Shown: positions 8,533 to 18,012 of the stretch, in pieces
Position numbering within the stretch: the stretch's first letter is position 1
Layout of the letters: every line of letters starts with the position of its first letter
Assembly (NCBI GenBank): GCA_016867255.1
Contig: VGKB01000003.1
Location: forward strand, 1-34,611
Length of the DNA stretch: 34,611 nucleotides
Direction of reading: 5' to 3'
Source: Candidatus Moraniibacteriota bacterium
GTDB taxonomy: Bacteria > Patescibacteriota > Minisyncoccia > CAIUEV01
Notes under the pieces: model-generated
The model's input: only the letters and a program-made list of their open reading frames with translations
Database searches by the model: none
What the model was told of the DNA's origin: nothing
Program-made: the position numbers and the translations under genes

Positions 8533-9363
8533 ATGCGCCGCGTTTACAAACAAATTTTGATTATTTTTACCGTTATACTGTTTCTTTCAGCCATTACATA
8601 TGGGATTGTTTGGTTAATCCAAGTGGAACCGACTTGCTTTGATAAAATCCAAAACGGCGAAGAAGAAGGAATTGATTGTGGGGCGGTTTGCGGCAATACC
8701 TGTGAAAAAATTGTCAAGCCAATGCCGCTCCGGGTGAGCAAATCTCAAGTTATTCAAGGAGGGGCGAAATGTGATTTTGTGGCCGTTGTGACTAATCCCA
8801 ATGCCTCAAGCGGCGCCCAGAACATACCCTACGAACTGCGTTGGGGTGAGGCAAGCAAAAAGGGAGAATTTTATATATATCCCAGCGAAGAGAGATATAT
8901 TGCGGAAGTGAATCTCCCCTGCCAAGCCGGCACTAATTGGGAATTTAAACTAGGAGAGCCCTCCAAGTGGGAGATTCTGAAAGGTTATACCGGCAAGCCG
9001 AATTTGCAAATTTCCAATGCGAAATTTCAATATTTGGATAACTCCCTTGAGTTTGCCGAGACGACGGGCATTATTACGAACAAAAGTTCTTTTGATTTAA
9101 AGACAATTGAAATCTATTCCATAATTAAAAATGCCGCGGGGGAGGTAATCGCCGCTAACAAAACAAACCTTAACAGTTTACCGGTAAGCCAAAAAAGAGA
9201 GTTTAGGATTTTTTGGACTCACAGTTTTCCCAAGGGGGGGATTAATAGTTTTTATTTAACCACCAACCTCTTTGATTCGGAAAATTTTCTCAGGACTTAT
9301 GACGCGGAAAGCGTTAAATGGGGGATTGGAGAAGAGAAGGGACAGATTTATTATCAAAAGTAG
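8533..9363 (+). CDS. Membrane-anchored hypothetical protein with Cys-rich motif and probable beta-sandwich domains
   Basis: N-terminal TM, PTCFDKIQNGEEEGIDCGAVCGNTC, then two beta-rich segments (AVVTNPN; GIITNKS). Confidence 0.75.
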   Translation: MRRVYKQILIIFTVILFLSAITYGIVWLIQVEPTCFDKIQNGEEEGIDCGAVCGNTCEKIVKPMPLRVSKSQVIQGGAKCDFVAVVTNPNASSGAQNIPYELRWGEASKKGEFYIYPSEERYIAEVNLPCQAGTNWEFKLGEPSKWEILKGYTGKPNLQISNAKFQYLDNSLEFAETTGIITNKSSFDLKTIEIYSIIKNAAGEVIAANKTNLNSLPVSQKREFRIFWTHSFPKGGINSFYLTTNLFDSENFLRTYDAESVKWGIGEEKGQIYYQK

Positions 9364-9373
9364 ACTTTGGTGA

Positions 9374-10465
9374 TTATTTTTTCTGTACGCACTGGCTACC
9401 CTGCAGACATTTGCCTTCCGGACAGTTGCAGGCCGTGATTAAGGCACGGGATTTTTCGGAAGTGCATTTTACGCTTTCACATTTTTCTTGTTCGGCGCCG
9501 CAAATGTCATTAAAGCGGAACCAAACGCCACCGGAAGTGAAACACTGGTTTATGTCTTGGACTATGTCAAGGATGGCGGAGACGGGTATGTTGCCGGCCG
9601 GGTTGTCTTTCAAGTTGATATTCGGCCGGTCGGTGATAATGGTGATTATTTCAATATTGTTTTCTAGGAGCCGATTAACGAGTTGCGCCAGTTCGCTGAA
9701 AAATTTCTCTATCTCGGCAGAATTATTTCCCGCGGCGTAGGCCGAGGAAACGCCGAGAAGATTTTCCGGTTTAAATGAGGATTTTAGAGAATCAATGATA
9801 GCGCTGCGGTTAATATACAGGAGCTCCGGCTCCTCGTTGCGCTTGCCGATGACGGCAAATGTCTCGGTGTTTTTTCCGGCCCTGACCTCAAGAATTAAAA
9901 TGTCGTCTTTATCCAGCCGGGAAAATAGTTTTACTAGGTCTGAAAGGGGCGTTCCTTTGGTTAATTTACCGCTAACCTCTCCCCCCGAAGCCGCTGAATT
10001 TATGAGATATCCGGCTTCCCGGCGCGGTATATTGATGCTGATGTCTTCTGAATCTGACACGCATTCAAAACTGCTCCAAATTGCTTGGTCGGTAGCGCCG
10101 CTTATCCTGAAAGTCGTCTGGATGGCTATCCAGCCAAATAGGATGAAGCCAAAGCCGATGATTGACCAGATTACGGTTCTTTTGGCCTGAAACATCCAGT
10201 TTTCGTTTCCCCGCGAGCCGATGTAGACGAAGCCCCCGATTACCATAAAGAGAATGGCGAAGACAAAAGAAGTTCCCATTACCCAAGTGGCAATGTTGGA
10301 TATCATTTCCAGAAGCTTGCAGACATCGCAATCCATCCCATTGCAGGTCATCAAAGAATTGCTACCGCTACTTTCGGCGGACTCGGCGGCGGAAACAAAG
10401 AAGTTTAACATACGGAGACCTGAATTAAATTTTTTATTTTTGAAGCAGTTTAATCGCTTTTTCAA
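9374..10465 (-). CDS. TrbC/VirB2-like pilin domain fused to a large C-terminal domain
   Basis: VIGGFVYIGSRGNENWMFQAKRTVIWSIIG matches the pilin motif at 1275-2815; Cys-rich at both ends; start uncertain. Confidence 0.7.
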   Translation of the reverse strand: MKKRLNCFKNKKFNSGLRMLNFFVSAAESAESSGSNSLMTCNGMDCDVCKLLEMISNIATWVMGTSFVFAILFMVIGGFVYIGSRGNENWMFQAKRTVIWSIIGFGFILFGWIAIQTTFRISGATDQAIWSSFECVSDSEDISINIPRREAGYLINSAASGGEVSGKLTKGTPLSDLVKLFSRLDKDDILILEVRAGKNTETFAVIGKRNEEPELLYINRSAIIDSLKSSFKPENLLGVSSAYAAGNNSAEIEKFFSELAQLVNRLLENNIEIITIITDRPNINLKDNPAGNIPVSAILDIVQDINQCFTSGGVWFRFNDICGAEQEKCESVKCTSEKSRALITACNCPEGKCLQGSQCVQKK

Positions 10466-11348
10466 AGGAAGTTTGGCTGTTGGCGAAGATTATGTATTTA
10501 CCGACCACGATATAGTTAAGGGAAACAACGCCGTTGCCGGAAAAGTCAACGAAGCGAGCCCCCCGGTAAATGTTGCTGTTTTGAAAAGTTTTTTGGCCGG
10601 AAGCTTCCACAAAGTCTTTCTTAAGGCCAATTAAGATAAAGGGTTTAAGAGTGTTGATTAGCGAACTTTCCCAATTTCCGAGAGCTTTATCCAATTCGCT
10701 CTTTTCCATTCCGGTTGAAAGCACCAAGGCGGTTCCGGGCCCCTTTTCCTCCGGCGCGCGGTACATAAATATTCGGTAGAAGCTATCCAGGCGACTGAAC
10801 AGATTTTCAGGAACTTCAATCCGGGATCTGTCAAGAAATTCGCTCAGTGGCAGTTGGGCGTTGCGGGTGTTGTAAAGATTAATTTCCATTAGACCAGAGA
10901 TATCCGGAGTGATTGTGTTAAGCGAACTTAGGGGGTTTTCGTTCTCGTCAATCATTAAGCTTTTTTGAATGGGAACGCCTTCAATTGGATTGCCCGCTTC
11001 GTCCACGGCTACTCGCGCTCCGCTGGTTTTAGCCGGATAAGCGTTTTTCGGCTCTCCCGCCTTCTGGGCGGTGTCGGTGCCGGCACCGCGGCTATAGTTT
11101 TCGTCAAAAACAATGCCCGGCGTTTGGTCCAGCCCTTGCTCAGAAAGTTCTGCCGCTGCCTGTTCTTTTGTTTGCTCTTTCTTGCTTCCGGAGACTAAAG
11201 ATAAAATCACGGCGATGACCACTAGGACGATTGCCACCGCTCCGCCAATGATGAGAAGTTTTCGGTTTCCCTTGTTGTCGTCATAATTTTCTTCCAGCTC
11301 CTCAATCAGTTTTTCTTCTAATTCCGCCTTTTTTGTTTCTTTGTTCAT
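10434..11348 (-). CDS. Hypothetical single-TM protein
   Basis: 304-aa ORF: acidic N-terminus, one TM (LLIIGGAVAIVLVVIAVILSLV), extracytoplasmic domain. Confidence 0.7.
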   Translation of the reverse strand: MNKETKKAELEEKLIEELEENYDDNKGNRKLLIIGGAVAIVLVVIAVILSLVSGSKKEQTKEQAAAELSEQGLDQTPGIVFDENYSRGAGTDTAQKAGEPKNAYPAKTSGARVAVDEAGNPIEGVPIQKSLMIDENENPLSSLNTITPDISGLMEINLYNTRNAQLPLSEFLDRSRIEVPENLFSRLDSFYRIFMYRAPEEKGPGTALVLSTGMEKSELDKALGNWESSLINTLKPFILIGLKKDFVEASGQKTFQNSNIYRGARFVDFSGNGVVSLNYIVVGKYIIFANSQTSFEKAIKLLQK

Positions 11349-11511
11349 TTTAAGTGATTTAATTTTCTTATTTATTTTTTAAGGCAAAAAGACTATTTAA
11401 TACATTTTAAGTGAAAAATTTTATTTGGCAAATATTTTTTATTTTGAAAAAAGCAAATAGTGCCAACAAAAAACTTAGCAATGGTATAAAAAAGATATTT
11501 TTTAAACTAAA

Positions 11512-11598
11512 TGGTGCCGAGGGGGAGATTTGAACTCCCAAGCCGATTAAGGCACATGGTCCTAAGCCATGCGTGTCTGCCAGTTTCACCACCTCGGC
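11512..11598 (-). tRNA. tRNA-Leu(TAG); CCA encoded
   Basis: GCCGAGG...CATGG-CT-TAG-GA-CCATG, long variable arm, GGGAG-TTCAAAT-CTCCC, CCTCGGC-ACCA. Confidence 0.95.
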
Positions 11599-11601
11599 CG
11601 G

Positions 11602-11650
11602 AACATAAAACATAAAACATGAAACATAAAAAATAAAACTTGGAACACGG
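11602..11650. repeat. Degenerate 7-mer tandem repeat (AACATAA, ~7 units) in the tRNA-Leu leader
   Basis: aacataa aacataa aacatga aacataa aaaataa aacttgg aacacgg. Confidence 0.75.
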
Positions 11651-11653
11651 GTT

Positions 11654-13114
11654 CTAATTCTTTTCCTTTTTTCTGCGGAACACGTCTTTTACCAGCGTTA
11701 GTTCAAACTGATTGAATTCTTTCAATATGTAAAGCAAAAATACATAAAACGCTAGTAAAATTGCTGACCAGAGCGGAAAAAGAAAACTGTCGCGGGGGAA
11801 CAGGAAAGATAATCCGTAAAGCGCGCCTGACCCTATCAGTATCTTAATAATGCTCTCTAATTTAAACAAATAGCCGAAAAATTTATAAGAATAGCCGAGA
11901 ATTATTAGCATCACTAAAAGTGAAGTGAGGGTGGTGCCCACTACGGCGCCCCAGAGGGCGTATTTTGCTATTAGCACATAAGTTAAAATGGTGTTTGCTA
12001 ACAGTCCCAAGAATGATATTACCATTGGCACTTTGACCTTGCCGGCTCCGTTAAGCGCGAAAGTCAAAACATAAAACACGGTCAAAAATCCTACCCCAAA
12101 AACAAAAAGGGACATTAGCGGCGCGGCATCCAAAAACCGCCGGGAATAAAAAAGCTGGATAATTGGGCGGGAATAAAGAGACATCAGGATACAAATAGGG
12201 AGTAAAAACATCACCATTAGGCGCAAGGATTGACTAATCAGCTTTTTTGTTTCCGCGGCGTTTTTACTGGAGGTGGCTTTTGAGACGGCCGGCAGCAGTA
12301 TAATGGTCAGCGCGTAGAACAAATAATAGGGAATGCGCCCCACCGTGATGGCGGCATTGTAAATGCCAGTATGATAGTCGCTCATTAAAATCCCCTTAAC
12401 CAGATAGAGGTCAACGGTTATTAAAAGCTCGTAAGCGATCATAAAAAAAGTTATCGGCCAGGCGTAATGAAACAGTTTTTTCCAGTCAAATGTGCCGCTC
12501 GGTTTATATTTATGCAGCGAATCGTATATTTTTGCTCCCAAAAAGACCAAGAGGGGAGCCAAAGCGAAACCAATAACGCTGCCTTCTAGGGACAGATTTT
12601 GCGGCTTTAATAACCAAGCGAAACCCAGGATAAACAAAATGCGGGAGAAGGATCGCAGGGTCTTAAGGAAGGCCTGTACTTTAAACTTGTGGATGCCGGT
12701 GTAGTAGGAGAAATAAAAAGAGGCCAGGGCAAAAGTTGGGATGATAAGAGAAGATATCCGGAAAAGCGGCGTCAAAGAAGGGTCTTTGAGCAAGGCGGCA
12801 AGAACCGGAGCTAAGAGGAAAAACGTCAAAGTAACGCTTCCCATCAGAAGCGCCTGAAATAGAGCGGCCTTTCGCTTGATAACCGGGATCAGCCCGGGCT
12901 TGTTTTCAAATATCTCGCTTAGATATTTAGCCATAGCGGTAGGGATCCCATTGCCGATCAGGATGATGATCGTGGTGGTAAGGGTAATTACCACGCCGTA
13001 GCGGCCATAATCAGCCGGTCCTAAAATTCTTCCGATGCCGCTGTGCACCACATAACTGGATATGTTGTAGACAATCTCGCTGGCTAGGACGAATGCAAAA
13101 GATTTGGCAAGCAT
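11654..13114 (-). CDS. MOP-superfamily flippase (Wzx/MurJ/SpoVB-like)
   Basis: About 14 TM helices; GRILGPADYGRYG and GIYNAA motifs; co-oriented downstream of murC. Confidence 0.85.
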   Translation of the reverse strand: MLAKSFAFVLASEIVYNISSYVVHSGIGRILGPADYGRYGVVITLTTTIIILIGNGIPTAMAKYLSEIFENKPGLIPVIKRKAALFQALLMGSVTLTFFLLAPVLAALLKDPSLTPLFRISSLIIPTFALASFYFSYYTGIHKFKVQAFLKTLRSFSRILFILGFAWLLKPQNLSLEGSVIGFALAPLLVFLGAKIYDSLHKYKPSGTFDWKKLFHYAWPITFFMIAYELLITVDLYLVKGILMSDYHTGIYNAAITVGRIPYYLFYALTIILLPAVSKATSSKNAAETKKLISQSLRLMVMFLLPICILMSLYSRPIIQLFYSRRFLDAAPLMSLFVFGVGFLTVFYVLTFALNGAGKVKVPMVISFLGLLANTILTYVLIAKYALWGAVVGTTLTSLLVMLIILGYSYKFFGYLFKLESIIKILIGSGALYGLSFLFPRDSFLFPLWSAILLAFYVFLLYILKEFNQFELTLVKDVFRRKKEKN

Positions 13115-13165
13115 GATAAAAGATAGAAAATGGATAATGGAAAATGGAAAATAAATATACTTTTT

Positions 13166-14674
13166 TTAATTCTCCCTTTTTAAATAGTTTTTTCCCACTC
13201 GCCAGCCGTCTCCCGCTCCCATAGTTATTAAGATAGTCGGTTTCTTGGATTTATATTTTTTCAGGAAATCAAGGCAATCCTGATGGGAGGGAAAATTAAA
13301 GGCCGTTTTTTTGTTTTTGATAAGCTTTTTAGCGATGTCAGCGCTTCTGACTTTACCTTTTAATTCTCTGGCAGAGCCATAGATCGGAAGAAGCCCAATC
13401 AGATCGGCGGCGGAAAGCGATTTAATAAATTCAGCAAGGAACGCACTGGTTCGGGTGAAAGTGTGCGACTGGAAGATTACGAAAATTTTAAACTTGGGAA
13501 AGTGCCTTCTTACGGCGGCTAAAGTCGCGTCAATTTCAGCGGGATGGTGGGCGTAATCGTCATAGACCAGTACTTCCCCCCTTTTTCCAATAAATTGCAT
13601 CCGACGCTCGGTTCCCCGGAAACTCTCAAAACTTTTGGCTATTTTATTGTTTGAAATTTTCAACTTGAAGTTTGGGACGCAAGATAATGCCAAGACAAAG
13701 GCGACCGCCGCCGCTAGATTATAGGCGTTGTGCTCGCCAAAAAGAGAGGCGGAGACGGCAATTTTCTGTTTCTTATTGAAAATATTTTGTGCTGTCTTCT
13801 TTGGCAGGTTAATCTTGAAAAAGTATTTTGGAATTTGGAATCTAGAATTTGGAATTTGGTTTGGATCCTGGGATCCGGAATCCAAAATTTGAATATCATT
13901 ATTTTTATTTTTTCCGTAGGTTAAAATTACGCGATCATCGTTATTTTTTAGGTTTAATTCCTTCAACATGCGTAATGTTTTAACGTCATCCCCGTTAAAT
14001 ACGCCGATTTTAGGCAGCTTTAATTTTGTTCTTGCCCACTTCCCTACCCACTTTTCAAACACCCGGTAATAATTTTCCGGTTTTTTATAGTAATCCGGAT
14101 GGTCATAGTCAATATTGGTAATGATAATGGACCACGGCCGGTAATGTCTTAGTTTATTTTGGTGCTCGTCGGCTTCAATTACGAAAAACGAACTTTTGCC
14201 GGTTATCGCGTTAGTCTGCCAATTGGCTACCCGACTGCCGATTAGCGCGGTGGGATCTAAGCCAAGGTTTTTCATTGATTCGGCGATAAGGGCGGAAGTG
14301 GTTGTTTTGCCGTGCGTTCCTGAAACCGCGATGCCCAAAGAGGCGTTAAATAAAGCGCTAACTGCTTCAGGATACGACATAACCGGAATTTTTTTCTTTT
14401 TGGCCGATAAAATCTCCGGATGCTTTATTGGATCAAAAGCGGTTGAGTATACTACCAGTTCAGTATTTTTGGGCAAATTAGAAGTTCTGAATCCTTCTCT
14501 GAAAGGAATTTTGAGTTTCTTAAGCACCGCGTCAGTAAAAAATTTTTCGTGGGTGTCCGAACCACTGATGATTTTACCGCGGCTCTTAAGAATCTGCGCC
14601 AGCGCCGTCATCCCGACACCCTTGATGCCGACCAGATAAATATGTTTTAATTTTTGCAATAAATTATTTTTCAT
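13166..14674 (-). CDS. murC: UDP-N-acetylmuramate--L-alanine ligase
   Basis: VGIKGVGMTALA, SGTHGKTTT, IEADE, TNIDYDHPD, DDYAHHPAEI, TMGAGD. Confidence 0.95.
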   Translation of the reverse strand: MKNNLLQKLKHIYLVGIKGVGMTALAQILKSRGKIISGSDTHEKFFTDAVLKKLKIPFREGFRTSNLPKNTELVVYSTAFDPIKHPEILSAKKKKIPVMSYPEAVSALFNASLGIAVSGTHGKTTTSALIAESMKNLGLDPTALIGSRVANWQTNAITGKSSFFVIEADEHQNKLRHYRPWSIIITNIDYDHPDYYKKPENYYRVFEKWVGKWARTKLKLPKIGVFNGDDVKTLRMLKELNLKNNDDRVILTYGKNKNNDIQILDSGSQDPNQIPNSRFQIPKYFFKINLPKKTAQNIFNKKQKIAVSASLFGEHNAYNLAAAVAFVLALSCVPNFKLKISNNKIAKSFESFRGTERRMQFIGKRGEVLVYDDYAHHPAEIDATLAAVRRHFPKFKIFVIFQSHTFTRTSAFLAEFIKSLSAADLIGLLPIYGSARELKGKVRSADIAKKLIKNKKTAFNFPSHQDCLDFLKKYKSKKPTILITMGAGDGWRVGKNYLKREN

Positions 14675-14765
14675 TTGGCATTCTCCAATTATACGAAACG
14701 ATAGAATATATTATAGATATAGTATAATATTTGCATATATTAACATTAATTTTTGATTTAGCCTC

Positions 14766-16592
14766 ATGGCAACGCTTGTCGATGACGTGAAGGATAAATT
14801 GGATGTTGTGGACATTGTCTCCGGTTACGTTAAATTGACGCCGGCCGGCGCGAACATGCGAGGTTTGTGCCCTTTTCACCGGGAGAAAACGCCTTCTTTT
14901 ATGGTGAGCAAGGAAAAACAGATATTCCACTGCTTTGGCTGCGGCAAGGGGGGAGATGTGATTACTTTCATTGAAGAAATGGAAGGGATGGAGTTTAAGG
15001 AGGCGCTCCGAATGTTGGCGGAAAGAGCCGGCTTGGATTATCGCAGATATCAGGGGACTTTTTCCGACCAAGGCCAAGTAGATGATAAAGAGACAATTCG
15101 GCGGCTGCTGGAAGCCACCGCGGTTTTTTACGAGAAAGAGTTAAAAGGAGCCAAAGGCAAAAAAGCTACCAATTACCTTAGAGAACGGGGGCTGAAAAAC
15201 AGTTATGCCTCTTTATTCCGTTTGGGCTACGCCCCCAGATTAAACGCTAAAGGCACTCCCGCGGCCCTTTATGATCATTTGAGAGAGCTTGGCTTTTCCG
15301 CGGATGCTATTTTGAAAAGCGGCAGTGTGTATAAAAAAGACAACCAAGATGTTTTTGTGGACCGTTTCCGGGGACGGCTGATATTCCCGATTACGGATGG
15401 TCTGGGGCGGATAGTAGGATTTTCCGCCCGACTGCTTCCCGGCGATGAGAGCGGGCAAGGGAAATACATCAATACGCCCGGAACAATCCTCTACGACAAG
15501 AGCAGTTTGCTCTACGGTTTTCACTTGGCAAAAAACAGCATTCGGGAAAGTCAAGAGGTGATAATGCTGGAAGGTAATCTGGATGTTATTCTGAGCCATC
15601 AAGCCGGAGTAAAACAAGCCGTGGCCACTTGCGGCACTGCCGTGGGAGTTAAACAACTTACTTACTTGCGCCGTTTTACCGAAAAACTAATATTAGCGTT
15701 TGACGCCGATATGGCGGGGGTGAAAGCTGCCAAAAGAACCGCGGAATTGGCTTGGGCGCAGGATATGGACGTGAAAGTGATTCCCCTAAAAACCGGCAAG
15801 GACGTGGCGGACATTGCCAGCGCGGAACCGGATAACTGGCAAGAGATGGTAAAAAAGCCCAGAAGCGTGGCCGGATATTTTTTTAACCTTGCTTTTGGGA
15901 ACCGGGTGTTAAGTCTGGACCAAAAAAAAGTATTGGCGGAAAAAATTATAAAGTTGCTGTCTCAGATCCCATCGCGGGTGGAGCAGTCCTACTACCTGAA
16001 AAAATTGGCCGAATTAGTAAAAGTGCCGGAAAATCTTCTTTGGGAAAAAATTTCGGGAAAAAACGCAAATTTGGCGCTAAAACAAGAATCTGAGAAAGAA
16101 AAAAGCCCCTTCTTTTCCAAAGGCAGGAGGATTTTATTGGAGGAAAGACTTATCGGACTAATCTTCAATTACCCCGAGTTGTATTTCAAAAACAGGGAGA
16201 AAGTCGGGAGTATTGTTTTGGTGGGAGAAGTAAACAAGTCTATTTGGCGGGAAATGAAGAATTATCTGGATTCACTGGACGCGAAGAAAGAAGGCGCGAA
16301 AGAAAAAATTGATTTAAAATTTTCCAGTCGGGAGCTGAACCTTTTAGCCAAAGAATACGCAATAAGCGTGGACAAGGAATTAGGAGGAGATTCAGATAAC
16401 ATTCTGGAGGATGCGAAAAATGAGCTGCTTAAGTGCGCCAACGCTCTGGAATTGGAATTTTTAAAAGACAAAAGATCGGAATTATTGGCAAAAATAGAGA
16501 AAATATCTCCCTCAAAGAAAAAAAAGCTGCGGGCGGTCATGAAACAGTTGGAAAGGATAAGCAAGGAAATCAACCGTAAAAGAGTATTCTGA
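14766..16592 (+). CDS. dnaG: DNA primase
   Basis: CHC2 zinc finger CPFHREKTPSF..FHCFGC; DRFRGRLIFPI; KYINTP; TOPRIM EG..D and FDADMAG. Confidence 0.97.
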   Translation: MATLVDDVKDKLDVVDIVSGYVKLTPAGANMRGLCPFHREKTPSFMVSKEKQIFHCFGCGKGGDVITFIEEMEGMEFKEALRMLAERAGLDYRRYQGTFSDQGQVDDKETIRRLLEATAVFYEKELKGAKGKKATNYLRERGLKNSYASLFRLGYAPRLNAKGTPAALYDHLRELGFSADAILKSGSVYKKDNQDVFVDRFRGRLIFPITDGLGRIVGFSARLLPGDESGQGKYINTPGTILYDKSSLLYGFHLAKNSIRESQEVIMLEGNLDVILSHQAGVKQAVATCGTAVGVKQLTYLRRFTEKLILAFDADMAGVKAAKRTAELAWAQDMDVKVIPLKTGKDVADIASAEPDNWQEMVKKPRSVAGYFFNLAFGNRVLSLDQKKVLAEKIIKLLSQIPSRVEQSYYLKKLAELVKVPENLLWEKISGKNANLALKQESEKEKSPFFSKGRRILLEERLIGLIFNYPELYFKNREKVGSIVLVGEVNKSIWREMKNYLDSLDAKKEGAKEKIDLKFSSRELNLLAKEYAISVDKELGGDSDNILEDAKNELLKCANALELEFLKDKRSELLAKIEKISPSKKKKLRAVMKQLERISKEINRKRVF

Positions 16593-16612
16593 AAATAAAT
16601 ATAATTTTAAAA

Positions 16613-17590
16613 ATGAGAACCGGACGAAACAGAAAAATAATTTTTCTCGCGGTTGCCGCGATAGCGGCGATTATATCATTGCTTTTGATTTTTCTTCCCT
16701 CTACCAGTTCGCGCCAAATCGGGCTCGGATCCTCCTTTTTTACTGCTTCTCTTCCCTCGGACGGAGATAATTTTGAATTTGCCGTAATTGGCGATACGCA
16801 GAAGTTTAACCCGGGGAGAAAAAACGGGGGCCTGCAAAAAGCCGCAGAGGGTATTGGCAGAAAAAAAGCTGCTTTTACTCTGGCAATGGGAGATTTAGCG
16901 ACCGATTGTAAAGGAGGAAAAAAATGCGAAAAGAATTGGAGGAAATGGAAAAAGATTGTTTTAGCTGATGTGCCGGAAGTTTATCCGGTAATGGGTAATC
17001 ATGACCAAATCAAGGACGAAGCTTATGCGACTTGGCGTAGAGTTTTTAACCTGCCGGATAACGGTCCGGAAGGATACCAGGAGATAGTTTATTCCTTTGA
17101 TTACGGCAATTCCCATTTTGTGGTTTTAAATAGCGGAACCAGCCATTCTGTCAATAAAGAGCAGCGAGATTGGCTGGAAGAAGATTTAGATAGCAACCAA
17201 AAGGAAAACATTTTTGTGTTTTTTCACGAACCTGCCTGGCCTACTGGTGATAAAATTGGAGAAAGTCTGGACGTACATCCGGAAGAACGCGATGAATTGT
17301 GGGGAATATTAGATAGACACGGCGTTGCGGCGGTATTCTCAGGACACGAGCATTTATTTAGTCGCAGAAAAATAACGGCCGTTCAATTCTCTGGAGCAGA
17401 GAAGGAAATTTATCAATTTATTGTGGGCAACACTGATTCGTTTCGGCACGGCAAACCTCGGAAAAATAAAGCGGATTATTATTTTACTAATAAGAGTTAC
17501 GCTTTAGTTCAAGTTAACGGATCAGAAATAACCGTGAAGAACTATTCTATTGGAGGCAGAAAGATGGACGAGTTTAAATTTACCCGGTAA
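16613..17590 (+). CDS. Membrane-anchored calcineurin-like metallophosphoesterase
   Basis: GDTQ, MGDL, GNHD, FFHEP and SGHEH motifs; N-terminal TM. Confidence 0.9.
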   Translation: MRTGRNRKIIFLAVAAIAAIISLLLIFLPSTSSRQIGLGSSFFTASLPSDGDNFEFAVIGDTQKFNPGRKNGGLQKAAEGIGRKKAAFTLAMGDLATDCKGGKKCEKNWRKWKKIVLADVPEVYPVMGNHDQIKDEAYATWRRVFNLPDNGPEGYQEIVYSFDYGNSHFVVLNSGTSHSVNKEQRDWLEEDLDSNQKENIFVFFHEPAWPTGDKIGESLDVHPEERDELWGILDRHGVAAVFSGHEHLFSRRKITAVQFSGAEKEIYQFIVGNTDSFRHGKPRKNKADYYFTNKSYALVQVNGSEITVKNYSIGGRKMDEFKFTR

Positions 17591-17593
17591 AAA

Positions 17594-17866
17594 CTACTTT
17601 TTCTTGTTGGAACGCAATTTTTTATACAAGTGCCTTTTTTTGCGGGCGGCGGTATTTTTTTTAATTACGTTTTTTTGGGCGGCCCGGTCAATTATTCTTT
17701 GGGCCTCTCGCAAAATTTTATTAATCTTGGTTGGATCAACATTTTCAGCGATGTGTTTTTCGGCTTTTTTGATGATGTCTTTAACTCTTTTTTTAACGAT
17801 AGTGTTGCGAATTCGGTTTTTTTGAGCGACCTTTAGGTATTTTTTTGCGGCTTTTTTAATGGGCAT
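17594..17866 (-). CDS. rpsT: 30S ribosomal protein S20
   Basis: MPIKKAAKK...IDRAAQKNVIKKNTAARKKRHL. Confidence 0.93.
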   Translation of the reverse strand: MPIKKAAKKYLKVAQKNRIRNTIVKKRVKDIIKKAEKHIAENVDPTKINKILREAQRIIDRAAQKNVIKKNTAARKKRHLYKKLRSNKKK

Positions 17867-17916
17867 GTGAAAAATTTAATTTAGGGATTTAAGTTGGTTT
17901 CTTAAACTTCCGTAAC

Positions 17917-17945
17917 AATCTACGAATTATTAAAGATAATGTCAA
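17917..17945 (-). promoter_or_regulatory. Putative sigma70 promoter for rpsT
   Basis: Minus strand TTGACA (17945-17940), 17 nt, TAGATT (17922-17917). Confidence 0.6.
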
Positions 17946-18012
17946 ATTATCCCACTTTTAAAATTGGTGATAAAATAACAAAAACTCAAAGAAATTTTGT
18001 GACCATTAGATT

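Noticed and set aside
11407-11613. 68-aa ORF in the track
   Set aside because: It overlies tRNA-Leu and the heptamer run, so it is a spurious translation.
11602-11650. CRISPR array
   Set aside because: The units are 7 nt with no spacers, and no repeat-spacer pattern or cas gene was seen anywhere in the window.
14664-15077. 137-aa antisense ORF over dnaG, representative of the many shadow ORFs in the track
   Set aside because: These lie antisense or out of frame within well-supported genes and show no motifs.
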